From an uncultured Candidatus Melainabacteria bacterium (GTDB taxonomy: Bacteria; Cyanobacteriota; Vampirovibrionia; Gastranaerophilales; Gastranaerophilaceae), in assembly GCA_934757155.1 (NCBI GenBank), contig CAKVLI010000005.1, positions 22,366 through 86,365 of the forward strand: 64,000 nucleotides of DNA, in the 5' to 3' direction. A program made the translations under genes and the position numbers. Within the stretch, counting starts at the first letter, position 1; each line of letters starts with the position of its first letter. This document shows positions 17,467 through 27,205 of the stretch, piece after piece. The notes beneath the pieces were generated by a model, which worked only from the letters and a program-made list of their open reading frames with translations, was not told the origin of the DNA and made no database searches.

Positions 17467-18072
17467 ATGACAAAAAAGATTTCTTTATTTAATCTGTATT
17501 TGATATTTGTTAAAATCGGTGCAATCTTGCTTGGCGGCGGGTATGTAATTCTGCCGATTGTAACAAGTGAGTTTGTGGATAAAAGAAATCTTATTTCTCA
17601 CGATGATTTAATAGACTATTTTGCACTTTCACAGTCTTTGCCGGGAATTATAGCTGCAAATATTTCAATGTTTGTCGGGTATAAACTCAGAGGAAAATTC
17701 GGCGCAATTGTTGCTATGTTCGGAGTTATAACGATTCCGTTCGCGTGTATTGTGTTGTTGGCGTCCATTCTTGGTGCGTTGACTGAAAATCCGATTGTAA
17801 ACGGTGCGCTTTGGGGTGTCGGAATTTCTGTAATTGCCCTGATTATGCTAACTGTTCGCGAGATGTGGCAAAAATCTGTTCGTGATAAATTTTTCTACAC
17901 GATTTTTATTTTGTCATTACTAACTCTTTTGATATTCAAACTTTCTCCGATTAAGACTATTTTATTGTTTACAGCTCTTGGAGTCCTATATAAAGTGGGG
18001 GTAAACAAGGGGGTAAATGTAAGAAATAAGGAGATAAACTCGTCAGAAAACAATGAGGAGGAAGCAAAATGA
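17467..18072 (+). CDS. chrA: Chromate transporter family protein, half-size subunit 1
   Basis: Polytopic. GGGYVILP motif typical of the CHR family. Paired with a second half-size gene. Confidence 0.8.
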   Translation: MTKKISLFNLYLIFVKIGAILLGGGYVILPIVTSEFVDKRNLISHDDLIDYFALSQSLPGIIAANISMFVGYKLRGKFGAIVAMFGVITIPFACIVLLASILGALTENPIVNGALWGVGISVIALIMLTVREMWQKSVRDKFFYTIFILSLLTLLIFKLSPIKTILLFTALGVLYKVGVNKGVNVRNKEINSSENNEEEAK

Positions 18073-18596
18073 TATTCCTTCTGCTTGGTATAGAATTCTT
18101 TAAAATCGGATTGTTCTCTTTTGGGGGCGGATATGCAACTATTCCTTTTTTGTACCATATTGCTCAAGAATACGGTTGGTACACAGTGGATGAGTTGACC
18201 CAAATGGTTGCTGTTGCTTCAATTACTCCCGGACCCGTAGGAATAAATGTCGCGACGTATGCGGGATTAAAAACGGCGGGTGTTTTGGGGTCACTGTTTG
18301 CGACGGTTACAGAAATGATTCCTTCTTTGATTTTGGTTCTTATTGTTTCTAAGTTGTTGAAAAAATTCAGTGATAATTTTTATGTCAAAGCTATTATTTC
18401 GACCTTAAAGCCTATAAGCTGCGCTCTTTTAACCTCTGTTGCAATAGGACTTTTAAAACCTTCTATCGGGGATTTAAAAGGAATGATTCTGCTTGCAGTG
18501 TTATTGTTGATGAGTTGGAAATCAAAAAAAGATCCGCTGTTTTATATCACAATAGCGGCTGTTGTTGGTGCAATATTAGCTATTATTAGATTTTAG
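18069..18596 (+). CDS. chrA: Chromate transporter family protein, half-size subunit 2
   Basis: FGGGYATIP motif. 4-nt overlap with subunit 1. Confidence 0.8.
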   Translation: MIFLLLGIEFFKIGLFSFGGGYATIPFLYHIAQEYGWYTVDELTQMVAVASITPGPVGINVATYAGLKTAGVLGSLFATVTEMIPSLILVLIVSKLLKKFSDNFYVKAIISTLKPISCALLTSVAIGLLKPSIGDLKGMILLAVLLLMSWKSKKDPLFYITIAAVVGAILAIIRF

Positions 18597-19235
18597 AGTA
18601 ACTTTTAGTTCAACTCTTCTGCTCTTATCAAAATTTTCTTTTCCGTTTTCTATAATCGGTTCGGAGAAACTTGCACCCTCTACAATAATCATTTTTCTTA
18701 ATCTGTCGCCGTTTTCTTTATTATAAGGTGTGTTGGTCATATAATTAGCGACTTCATAAGCTCTGTTTAGCGAAAGCTCCATATTCTTCATATATTGTTG
18801 GTCATCAGAATACTCTCCTTTAAAGGTTTGCGAGTCGGTATGCCCCTGAATAACTATTTTATCTACATTTTTGTTAAGGTAGCCATTTGTAAATATAGAA
18901 TTAAAGTAAGCCGGTGCAAACTTGTCCAAATAAGCTTTCCCCTTTGGAGAAAGTTTGTAGCTGTTAATTTCAAATAACTCTAAATCTGAAATTTTTACAA
19001 TACCTGAAACAGGATCTACAGTTGCTTCCAGAGATTCGTTTTTAAGAGACTGTTGTAGAGTCTTGGATGCGTTTTCCCTCGCCATTTCTTGTTGAAATGC
19101 TTGAAAATGCCCGTTTATATACGTATAGAAAAACAGCACAATGAAGACCAAAACAAGCCCTGTCATAAGGTCTGTCATTGTCACCCAAAAGATATTTCCT
19201 TCGTCTGTATTCTCAATTTTTGGTCTAAGACGCAT
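18576..19235 (-). CDS. MotB-like stator protein (TM helix with conserved Asp, plus OmpA-like peptidoglycan-binding domain)
   Basis: WVTMTDLMTGLVLVF resembles the MotB W..(T/Y)xDLMTxL channel helix. GHTDS...LSLNRA is an OmpA-like motif. Confidence 0.75.
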   Translation of the reverse strand: MRLRPKIENTDEGNIFWVTMTDLMTGLVLVFIVLFFYTYINGHFQAFQQEMARENASKTLQQSLKNESLEATVDPVSGIVKISDLELFEINSYKLSPKGKAYLDKFAPAYFNSIFTNGYLNKNVDKIVIQGHTDSQTFKGEYSDDQQYMKNMELSLNRAYEVANYMTNTPYNKENGDRLRKMIIVEGASFSEPIIENGKENFDKSRRVELKVTLKSNNS

Positions 19236-19246
19236 AGTTGCTCCAT

Positions 19247-20131
19247 TTAAAATAATTTGTCTACAACATCTCCGCCACCGGAGCTTTTGCCAATAGTTTC
19301 ATTAAGTTTATTCAAACTGTAGAGTATGTTCTCAAGATATGGTGTTGTAACTTCGCCTATAGACTTTGTGACAGCTTTTGCGAAATCTTCAGGCATAGCT
19401 TTCAATAACTTTTCGTTGTTTATGCTTTGCATTTTTGATTCTTTAACTAAATCAAGCAAGAATTGTTCACTTGTGCAAACATCAAAAAGTCTGATAAATT
19501 CCTTTTGAATAAGCAGGTAGTATTTTTTGCACTTTCTGTTATAAAGAATTTTTTCTACAAACATGAACAAAAGTGAGTAGCCGACAGCGAAAACTGAACA
19601 GAGCGCTGCGACCTGAATATTTGCAATAAGTCCGGTGATTGAACCTTCTGCTGCTTTGGCTGAAAAATCGATGTTAGTAAATGCTATAGCCATTTTCAAA
19701 AAGGTGAAAAATGGACCTAAGCCTGTTAATAAAGTCGGCATTGTCTGTATAAATTTGTGGTTAATCTTTGAGTAAATAAGTGAATCTTCATTGAAGAAAT
19801 AAGACGCATCGATTGTTAAATATATTTCCGGTGCGGTATTCATTCCTGTTTTGACATTCTGAGATGCTGTGAACAACTTGTCAGGAAAAATAAGAGCCTT
19901 TTTAAAATCCTCCCAACTGGTATTTGTATATGGGTTTGATGACATAAATTCATCCAGCTCACGAAATCTGTACGAAATTTCTTTTTTATTTAGTGTTTTA
20001 AGAAATTCCCACACAGAATTAAGATTTTTTTCAACTCGAGTATAATTTTTGAGAACCGTCATTGTAAAAAACAGAAAAAACACAGTGATAATAAGTATTG
20101 CCGGTTCCGTAATAATTCCTAATAAAGTCAT
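19247..20131 (-). CDS. Divergent MotA/TolQ/ExbB-family proton-channel-like protein (3 predicted TM)
   Basis: One N-terminal TM, a ~110-aa soluble insert, two further TMs with TGLGPFFTF and ALCSVFAVGYSLLF (ExbB/MotA-like), and a ~95-aa tail. Adjacent to the MotB-like gene. Confidence 0.55.
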   Translation of the reverse strand: MTLLGIITEPAILIITVFFLFFTMTVLKNYTRVEKNLNSVWEFLKTLNKKEISYRFRELDEFMSSNPYTNTSWEDFKKALIFPDKLFTASQNVKTGMNTAPEIYLTIDASYFFNEDSLIYSKINHKFIQTMPTLLTGLGPFFTFLKMAIAFTNIDFSAKAAEGSITGLIANIQVAALCSVFAVGYSLLFMFVEKILYNRKCKKYYLLIQKEFIRLFDVCTSEQFLLDLVKESKMQSINNEKLLKAMPEDFAKAVTKSIGEVTTPYLENILYSLNKLNETIGKSSGGGDVVDKLF

Positions 20132-20238
20132 ATAGCTCTCCTATCAGAATAATTATAGCATAAACCGTTTAGATTATTTAATTATTAAGAATTTTGAATT
20201 ATAATATACACATACGGTATTCTTGAGAGCAAGGAATT

Positions 20239-23200
20239 TTGGTTAAGAATATGGAATGTCCTAAATGTCATAGTGTTATAGATGATAACCAAACAGTGTG
20301 TCCTGTTTGTCACAAGGTATTGCTGTTGGAATGTCCAAATTGCCATACGCTTGGCGAATCTTCCGTGTGCGCGAAATGTGGATATACAATTCTTGTCAAA
20401 TGTGCTAAATGCTCAAAAATCAACTCTACAGAGACAAGAGTCTGTCCAAAATGTAAGTTCCCGACGGCGACTTCTCTTGCTTATCAGGAATGTGAAACGG
20501 ATGAGTTTGCTTCAATAGCGATAAAATTTAATGCGTTAAAAAATATTAGAAAACTTCTTAAATCTCAAGAGTTGTATTCGAAGTTTTATTTTAAACTGAA
20601 GAACTTGCTTTTGGCTCAGTTAAAAGGGGTTGAAGGGAAATTCATTATCTATGGTGATGTCTTTGTTGTAAATATGAACAAAGAGCTTTCCTTTGCGACA
20701 TCTTCCGCTAAGGCTATGCGATTGGCACTGAAGATACTTAATGCCTTCGTAGATTTGAATACAAAAGTGTATGAAGAATTTGGTATTCCTTTGAATTTGT
20801 CATTGACGATAACAAGAAAATCTTCTGACAGATTGCAGCAATTAGAGCTGATTGAAAACAATGTAAAGCTCTTGACTGTCAAGAAAAATGCTAAAAAATT
20901 CCTGAAGGGAATGCAGATTGTCCTTGATCAGTACGTGTGTGATTCTGTCAATAAGGAATACAAAACCGATTCTCTCTATTCTTTAGAGGAAAACGGTATG
21001 GCAACTGTGTTTTATGAAGTAGTTCTCGATTCTTATATTTTGCCTCCTTCCGATTCTTCTGATGAGGTTACGATTGATGCTGCACTCAAAAAAATTGCTC
21101 CAAAAGAGCAAGAGGAAGAAAAAGATTTATATTCGTTCAAAGTGTTTGATATTGATGCTAAATGCAAGTTTGTCCGAGTTAGCACATCTTCATTTATTGA
21201 ACGCTTATTAACTCTTGATTTCAATGGCAAGGATAGAATTCTTGCAGTTCGGTCCGACGAAAAATTGAGTATTGATACTGCTGATTTGACAAAGTTTTTT
21301 GATAATCAGGGTTATAAAGTTTTGAATGTTTCTTGCTCAGAACAGATGAATTATCGTCCTTGGGGCTTTTTTGAAGCTATATTCAAAGAGTATTGGAAAC
21401 TTTCTTTCCATTGTGGCTTGAATGATTTATCAAAAATTCCGGTGGAGGTTATTCAAAGATTTCAACCATTGTTTGACTTAGTTTATGCGCGACCTGCAAA
21501 ATCAATGACTCCGGAAGACGGAAGGTATGCTTATATGGAGCAATGGGGGAATTTTCTCCGATTGTTGGACAAGGTGGTTATAATAGCTGATGGGTTTGAA
21601 AATATTGACGATACGACTCTTCAGACGCTGGAATTATATTTTGATAAATTTGAAAATGTTAAACCTATTTTTGTTTTTAAAACGTTAAAGGATATCTCGG
21701 TTCATTCTAAATTGAAAGGACTTTTGAGAACTTCTTGTTATACGGAATTTACTTTAACAAGAACGGCAATTGACGCTTGTTTGGCATCTTTAAAATCAGA
21801 TGCGGCTGATTTTATTCAGTCATTTTATTATGAAAAGATAAAAGAAAATTATGCCGGTTCATTTTTGTATTTTGAAAATGCGGTAAAATTCTTGGAAGAA
21901 TCAGGTGTATTGCTGGATTTTGAGAACAAGCTCATAATTAAAAACAACAAATCTGTTATAATTCCAAAGGATATAAAAGCTTTGTTTAAGGCAAGGATAA
22001 AGACTTTTAATAAAAATACGGATTGCTCATTAATGCTTGCATATCTTTCCTTGTTGGGGGGAAGATTGGATTTCAAAACATTGGAAATTTTGGACATAAA
22101 AGAGGTTAATAAAAACGCTAAAATTCTTGCTGATTCCGGTTTATGCTTTTTGAAAGAAGATGTTGTTTACTTAAACAATGCAGGCATTTTGTCACCTGTC
22201 ATAGATGCAGGATTGAAAAAAGAAGCAGCAGGATTTTTGTGCAAAACAATTTTGTCAAAACTCGGTAAAGGTCTGGATGATACGGTTGCGTTCAATGTTA
22301 TGGGCAGGCTGGAGTTCTACAAGGAAGAATATTTAACCTTGTGGAAAAATTCTGTATTTGCCCTGAAAGCTGGCGATTATGACGCCTATTTAAAGAACTG
22401 TTTGGGCTTTTTAGCGCTTGTGGAACATATTTCTGCCGATATTTCACCTGAGGTTATAGAAGAGAATAAAAAAGAAGTCTATAACAACATTCTGATGTGT
22501 CTTTACAGCTATTCACCGGCAAAAATTTACTTTATTGAAAATGTTTTATTGATGGATGCGATAAATCAAGGTGACGATGAGAAGATTGTAAAACTTTCTA
22601 ATTTGATGCTTCAAGGTGCGTTAATATCTTCAAATTATACGGATGCATTGGGGTTGTTGCATAACATTTTGTCAAGAATGCAAAATCCGACATTGATGGT
22701 TGACGGCGCTGTCAACACTAAGTTCTTACTACTTTCGCTCGTTAATATTGAAATTCTCTACAATATAGGTGATTTTAGAGCGTGTGCGGATTTATCGGAG
22801 GAAATATTGTCAGTGCTTTCTCCGGAGGTGCTGGCAAAGGTTAAACCTGAAAATTTCTCTGTAAATCTTTTTATTTCGCATCTTTTAGAAACTTGCAGAC
22901 TGGGTGCTTTTGCCAAATTGTTGCTGCAGGATGATGATTTAAATGAATTCTTTGATAAAGTTTCAAACTCTCTGGCTACAGATTTGCCGGAAAGAGAATG
23001 TATTGTTGCTATTAGGGATTATTTGGCGGGGAAAGTGTACTCAACCGGAAATATAGAGGCTTACACTCCGTTTTCAAAAGTGATATTTCTTATATTACAG
23101 GAGTTTTCAGCCTTAAATGACGATTATAAGAGATTTGCGCAAAATATTTATCAAGCAAAATTGTTGTCGTCAGATATTCATGTAAGAGAGCTTGAGCTGT

Positions 23201-23565
23201 TTTGTGATTTGTTGATTGCTTATGCGTATTCAAAAATCGGTATCACGGAAAAAGCAGAGGCTATATATGAAGATGTTTTACAGAGTGCGGAAAATTCCGC
23301 AATATTCAATATTATAGTTTTGGCAAAATACTTTGTTGCCAAACTTCAAATATCAAATCAAAAGCCAAAAGAAGCTCTGCTTACGATAAACGATACTCTT
23401 GCGATGCTGCAAAAGTACGATAACCAAGCAGTCGTTATGTATGCGCTGTTCGAAAAATTCTATATCGACACGGTGCAAGAACAAGGTCTTGCATCTGTAG
23501 ACATTGAATCAGAGCAGCAGAAGCTTGCCCCTTATCAGGATAAACTAAAGCGTATTGTGGGTTAG
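20239..23565 (+). CDS. 1108-aa protein: four CxxC zinc-ribbon units, degenerate class III cyclase-like domain, degenerate AAA/STAND-like region, TPR-like C-terminus
   Basis: CPKCH..CPVCH, CPNCH..CAKCG, CAKCS..CPKCK. FASIAIKFN...IIYGDVFVV...LNLSLTITR follows the cyclase pattern without the metal-binding Asp. IIADGFENIDD is Walker-B-like, and there is no GxxxxGK[ST]. Confidence 0.6.
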   Translation: MVKNMECPKCHSVIDDNQTVCPVCHKVLLLECPNCHTLGESSVCAKCGYTILVKCAKCSKINSTETRVCPKCKFPTATSLAYQECETDEFASIAIKFNALKNIRKLLKSQELYSKFYFKLKNLLLAQLKGVEGKFIIYGDVFVVNMNKELSFATSSAKAMRLALKILNAFVDLNTKVYEEFGIPLNLSLTITRKSSDRLQQLELIENNVKLLTVKKNAKKFLKGMQIVLDQYVCDSVNKEYKTDSLYSLEENGMATVFYEVVLDSYILPPSDSSDEVTIDAALKKIAPKEQEEEKDLYSFKVFDIDAKCKFVRVSTSSFIERLLTLDFNGKDRILAVRSDEKLSIDTADLTKFFDNQGYKVLNVSCSEQMNYRPWGFFEAIFKEYWKLSFHCGLNDLSKIPVEVIQRFQPLFDLVYARPAKSMTPEDGRYAYMEQWGNFLRLLDKVVIIADGFENIDDTTLQTLELYFDKFENVKPIFVFKTLKDISVHSKLKGLLRTSCYTEFTLTRTAIDACLASLKSDAADFIQSFYYEKIKENYAGSFLYFENAVKFLEESGVLLDFENKLIIKNNKSVIIPKDIKALFKARIKTFNKNTDCSLMLAYLSLLGGRLDFKTLEILDIKEVNKNAKILADSGLCFLKEDVVYLNNAGILSPVIDAGLKKEAAGFLCKTILSKLGKGLDDTVAFNVMGRLEFYKEEYLTLWKNSVFALKAGDYDAYLKNCLGFLALVEHISADISPEVIEENKKEVYNNILMCLYSYSPAKIYFIENVLLMDAINQGDDEKIVKLSNLMLQGALISSNYTDALGLLHNILSRMQNPTLMVDGAVNTKFLLLSLVNIEILYNIGDFRACADLSEEILSVLSPEVLAKVKPENFSVNLFISHLLETCRLGAFAKLLLQDDDLNEFFDKVSNSLATDLPERECIVAIRDYLAGKVYSTGNIEAYTPFSKVIFLILQEFSALNDDYKRFAQNIYQAKLLSSDIHVRELELFCDLLIAYAYSKIGITEKAEAIYEDVLQSAENSAIFNIIVLAKYFVAKLQISNQKPKEALLTINDTLAMLQKYDNQAVVMYALFEKFYIDTVQEQGLASVDIESEQQKLAPYQDKLKRIVG

Positions 23566-23585
23566 AAAGACTGTGAGTCAGTAAA

Positions 23586-23684
23586 TTAGCCCTTTGCACC
23601 TTTAAGCTTTTCGCAGAAAGTAGGTATACCTATGAATGCGAGGTAGAACATACAACCAAATAATACTAAATTTAAGATTTCCAT
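23586..23684 (-). CDS. Possible 32-aa hydrophobic peptide
   Basis: My translation is MEILNLVLFGCMFYLAFIGIPTFCEKLKGAKG. AAGGAG SD 11 nt upstream. Confidence 0.3.
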   Translation of the reverse strand: MEILNLVLFGCMFYLAFIGIPTFCEKLKGAKG

Positions 23685-23839
23685 TTTATATCAATCTCCT
23701 TTCATAAAGATCTCATACTTTCTTAATTCCACATTCTGAAAATTAATAACGCTTTTTTTTAAAATTGTTACAAAATTTTACAATTCGTTGTTTACATGGA
23801 GTTTGTTTTAAGTGTACAATTATGTCAGGAGGCTTTATC

Positions 23840-24484
23840 TTGTCTAAAGGCTACGAAAATTTTAATAACTCTGAAACATCATTTAGAAAATCCACACTAA
23901 TACAAGAGAGAATAGGGTTAGTGTCTACTCATATGTATAAGCAGTTTTTGGATTATCAGCATGCAACGATGAATACTACAGAGATTTTCGCTGAAATGAT
24001 TGATAATTTGAAAGAGATTGCTGATTCTTTGAAACAATCTTTTTCATCTCGCGGAATTACTACTGAGAATATCTATGTTAAGCACGACAACGAAAAGAGC
24101 GTGGTGGTTATTAATATTTTGTGGCACACAATCAGTTTGACTACTAGATGCAATTATGAGCCTCAGGCTTTGTTCAGAGAAGGCAATCCGCCTATGTTTT
24201 CCGGTCGTATTATGGCAATTAACGGAAACTACAACGAGCTTATAGAAGGTATAACTTCTCGTCATGAAATGATGGAAAGACTGCTTGAAAAAGAGGTCGC
24301 GTCTTTATTTGTGCCTGCGGATAAGACTCAGAACTCTATTTTCAAAATAAGACACCTTTCTAACAGAGAATTTTTCTTAAATTCAACGGATGCATCAAGA
24401 GAGTTCGTTTTGAAGGTTATTGAGACTATTTGCGGCGGCGGTTTGTATCACGAAGAAGGCACAAGAAAGAGTTTTAATATTTAA
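23840..24484 (+). CDS. Hypothetical protein (~214 aa)
   Basis: Same frame as ORF 23765..24484. CAGGAGG SD 7 nt upstream of the TTG at 23840, with an alternative ATG at 23822. No recognised domain. Confidence 0.55.
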   Translation: MSKGYENFNNSETSFRKSTLIQERIGLVSTHMYKQFLDYQHATMNTTEIFAEMIDNLKEIADSLKQSFSSRGITTENIYVKHDNEKSVVVINILWHTISLTTRCNYEPQALFREGNPPMFSGRIMAINGNYNELIEGITSRHEMMERLLEKEVASLFVPADKTQNSIFKIRHLSNREFFLNSTDASREFVLKVIETICGGGLYHEEGTRKSFNI

Positions 24485-24632
24485 AAATCTTAACGAATGT
24501 GAACTCTGTACTTGATTTACGTGTGTATTTGTGGTTTTCTATAGGTGGGTAAGTCATATCCTCTTGGATTTACCTGATACAGAGGTTAAGCGGCTAAATC
24601 TCTGTGGTAACAATAAAAAGAAGGAAATTGAA

Positions 24633-25028
24633 ATGTTAAAAATCAGATTAAAAAGATTAGGTGCAAAGAAAGCTCCTACATACAGAGTTATCGTTATTAA
24701 CTCAACCACAAAAAGAGAAGGTAAACCTATTGAAGAATTAGGTTACTACAACCCTAAAACAAAAGAAATGAAGTTGAACAAAGAACACGCAGAAGCTTGG
24801 ATTTCTAAAGGTGCTCAACCTACAGATACAGTTAAGTATCTTATCGCTAACTGCAATGCTGACGGTTCTTTGAACTACAAAAAATCAGAAACAGTTAAGC
24901 TTTCTAAAAAGGCTCAAGCTAAGAAGGCTGAAGAAGAAGCTAAAAAAGCTGAAGAGGCTGCTGCGGCAGCTGCAGCTGCTGAAGCTCCTGCAGAAGAAGC
25001 TCCGGCTGAAGAAGCAACTGAAGCTTAG
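24633..25028 (+). CDS. rpsP: 30S ribosomal protein S16 with Lys/Ala/Glu-rich C-terminal extension
   Basis: [22 protein letters not shown]-terminus. AAGGAA SD upstream of the ATG at 24633. The ORF-track N-terminal extension is non-coding. Confidence 0.9.
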   Translation: MLKIRLKRLGAKKAPTYRVIVINSTTKREGKPIEELGYYNPKTKEMKLNKEHAEAWISKGAQPTDTVKYLIANCNADGSLNYKKSETVKLSKKAQAKKAEEEAKKAEEAAAAAAAAEAPAEEAPAEEATEA

Positions 25029-25044
25029 TATTTATAAGGTATTT

Positions 25045-25079
25045 AAAAAGACCTCTGTTATTAACGGAGGTCTTTTTTT
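25045..25079. terminator. Bidirectional rho-independent terminator between rpsP and cca
   Basis: AAAAAGACCTC, loop, GAGGTCTTTTTTT. An A-run and a T-run flank a 7-bp GC-containing stem. Confidence 0.75.
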
Positions 25080-26505
25080 ATAATGTTTTTATGAAATTGA
25101 TTGCATCTTCTTTTGTTACAACATCACCGTTTATCTGCGCTTCGTGCAGAGCGGTCATATATTCGCCCAGTTTTGGAGATTGAGTTATATTCTTTATTTG
25201 CATAACCTCAAACCCGTCGAGAAGCTTCGGAAGCGGTTTTAGAGTATCTTTTTTTGTCATATAGAAGTTGAGTAGTTTGTCAAGTCCTTCTATATTTTGT
25301 TTAACCGTTTCATCTGTAATTGCAGGACCTCTGGCTGAATATCTGTCGGCTTTAGCAAGGACAATATTGTCGATAACATTATCGCCGGTTTTTCTGAGAT
25401 ATCTCATCATAATTTTTTCGCTCAAATCCGGTGATGCGACCACATTTGACGGGTAAATGTGTATCTTTATCATCTGCGAGATGTAATCAATTTGTTTTTT
25501 AGAAAATTTCAGGTCTCTGAGCAGTGGAACGCACATTTTTGAACCAACATCGTCGTGTTTGATAAATCTTTGTCTGACACCATCCTCTAATGCTGATACA
25601 TTGCAGTCAGTACCTCTCATTCCGTCGAACTTCCCGCCTTCTATTGTCCAAGTGGAATACTTCCCTATATCATGCAGAAATCCTGCAAGTTTAAGGTGAT
25701 TGATTCTCGGAAATCCGCCAAAATCAACTCTGTCGAGATGAGCTTTTTCTTCTTCCGGCAGATTCTCGTATATTTCTTCAATGTTTCTCACAGTTTCAAC
25801 TACGTGAAGAAACAAATCTAAATGATGGTGTGTGTTTGGAGGCACTAATTTCATCTCTTTAACACAAGGGAAAAGAACTTCTAAAATACCAAATTCGTCC
25901 ATTAGCAGCAATGTTTTTGAAGCATTTTTCCCGCCAAATAATTTCATTAATTCGTACGTAATTCTTTCTTTTGAAGGATTGAGAAGGGTGGCTTTGTATT
26001 TGTTTATTGCATTTTTTAGCTCGTCCGTCATCTCAAAACCCGTAACGGACGCAAATCTAAACGCACGCAAAATTCTTAGCGGGTCATCTTCAAAGTTCTT
26101 GTCTTTGATATGTCTTAAGGTATGGTTTTTTAAATCTTCAATTCCACCTGTAACATCAATATATTCATCAGTCTCAAGGTTATATCCGATTGCATTAATC
26201 GTAAAATCGCGTCTTTGCAAATCCTCTTCAATTGAATTTCCCTCAATTTCAGAGATATCAAGATAATTCAATTTGTCAGGCAAAACGACCCTGAATATTT
26301 GGTTTTCGCTATCAAGTACAATAAATGTTCCTTCAAACTCTTTTGCAATTTTTTTTGCGAATTTTTCCGCACCAAAAATTGCGATATCGCGGTCATAAGT
26401 AGTTTTTCCCATAAGAAAATCTCTTACACAGCCACCAACTAGCCAGCCATCTTTTATATTTTTTAAAATTTTATCATCCCTGATATTCATAAATAATATC
26501 TCCAA
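25078..26505 (-). CDS. cca: CCA-adding enzyme / poly(A) polymerase-family tRNA nucleotidyltransferase with HD domain
   Basis: GGCVRD and RRDFTINA nucleotidyltransferase motifs. FLHDIGK HD motif. Confidence 0.8.
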   Translation of the reverse strand: MEILFMNIRDDKILKNIKDGWLVGGCVRDFLMGKTTYDRDIAIFGAEKFAKKIAKEFEGTFIVLDSENQIFRVVLPDKLNYLDISEIEGNSIEEDLQRRDFTINAIGYNLETDEYIDVTGGIEDLKNHTLRHIKDKNFEDDPLRILRAFRFASVTGFEMTDELKNAINKYKATLLNPSKERITYELMKLFGGKNASKTLLLMDEFGILEVLFPCVKEMKLVPPNTHHHLDLFLHVVETVRNIEEIYENLPEEEKAHLDRVDFGGFPRINHLKLAGFLHDIGKYSTWTIEGGKFDGMRGTDCNVSALEDGVRQRFIKHDDVGSKMCVPLLRDLKFSKKQIDYISQMIKIHIYPSNVVASPDLSEKIMMRYLRKTGDNVIDNIVLAKADRYSARGPAITDETVKQNIEGLDKLLNFYMTKKDTLKPLPKLLDGFEVMQIKNITQSPKLGEYMTALHEAQINGDVVTKEDAINFIKTL

Positions 26506-27205
26506 GAGCTGTGATAACAGCTGTTTCCGCCTTTAGTATCAAATCCCCGAGGCTTACAAGCGGAAGAGACAAGCTTTTAAAATAATCAAATTCTTTCTGT
26601 GAAAATCCGCCTTCAGGTCCTATTATCACAAGGATTTTCTCTCCTTTTTTTATAGGTTTTTGGGTTAAATATTTTTTTAGACTTATTTCAGTTGAGCGTT
26701 CTGCAAAAACTATAATCCTGTCAAAATCTCGCTTTACGACTTTTTCTAAGGTTGTTACATCATAACAAGTTGGAATTTTGGCGCGTTCGCACTGTTTAGA
26801 TGCTTCATACATAACCTTTTGCCACTTTTCAATTTTCTTTTCGATAACGGATTTGTTGAGAGCGCAATTATCGGTCAACACAGGATACACCCCTCTTGTC
26901 CCCAGCTCTGTCGCTTTCTCCATAACAGTTAATTGGCTGTCGCTTCTGAGCGGGCTTTGTGCCAAATATAAATCGAAATCCAAATCACGCTTTGAAGGAT
27001 AGGAGTTTTCGATTTTACAGATGATTTCATCAGGAGTGATTTTTTCAATCTCTGTTTCGTATTGGATTTGATTTTCGTCTATCAAAAGCAATTTTTCGCC
27101 GCAACGCGCGCGAAGAGCTCTCGCAATATGGCGGTAGTTTTCGTTATCGTTAATCGAAATTCTGTTATTATCCAAATTTTCAGATTTTACAAAAAAGTGC
27201 GGCAT
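26474..27205 (-). CDS. rsmE: 16S rRNA (uracil1498-N3)-methyltransferase
   Basis: MPHFFV start, PUA-like N-terminus, IGPEGGFS SPOUT motif. Confidence 0.85.
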   Translation of the reverse strand: MPHFFVKSENLDNNRISINDNENYRHIARALRARCGEKLLLIDENQIQYETEIEKITPDEIICKIENSYPSKRDLDFDLYLAQSPLRSDSQLTVMEKATELGTRGVYPVLTDNCALNKSVIEKKIEKWQKVMYEASKQCERAKIPTCYDVTTLEKVVKRDFDRIIVFAERSTEISLKKYLTQKPIKKGEKILVIIGPEGGFSQKEFDYFKSLSLPLVSLGDLILKAETAVITALGDIIYEYQG

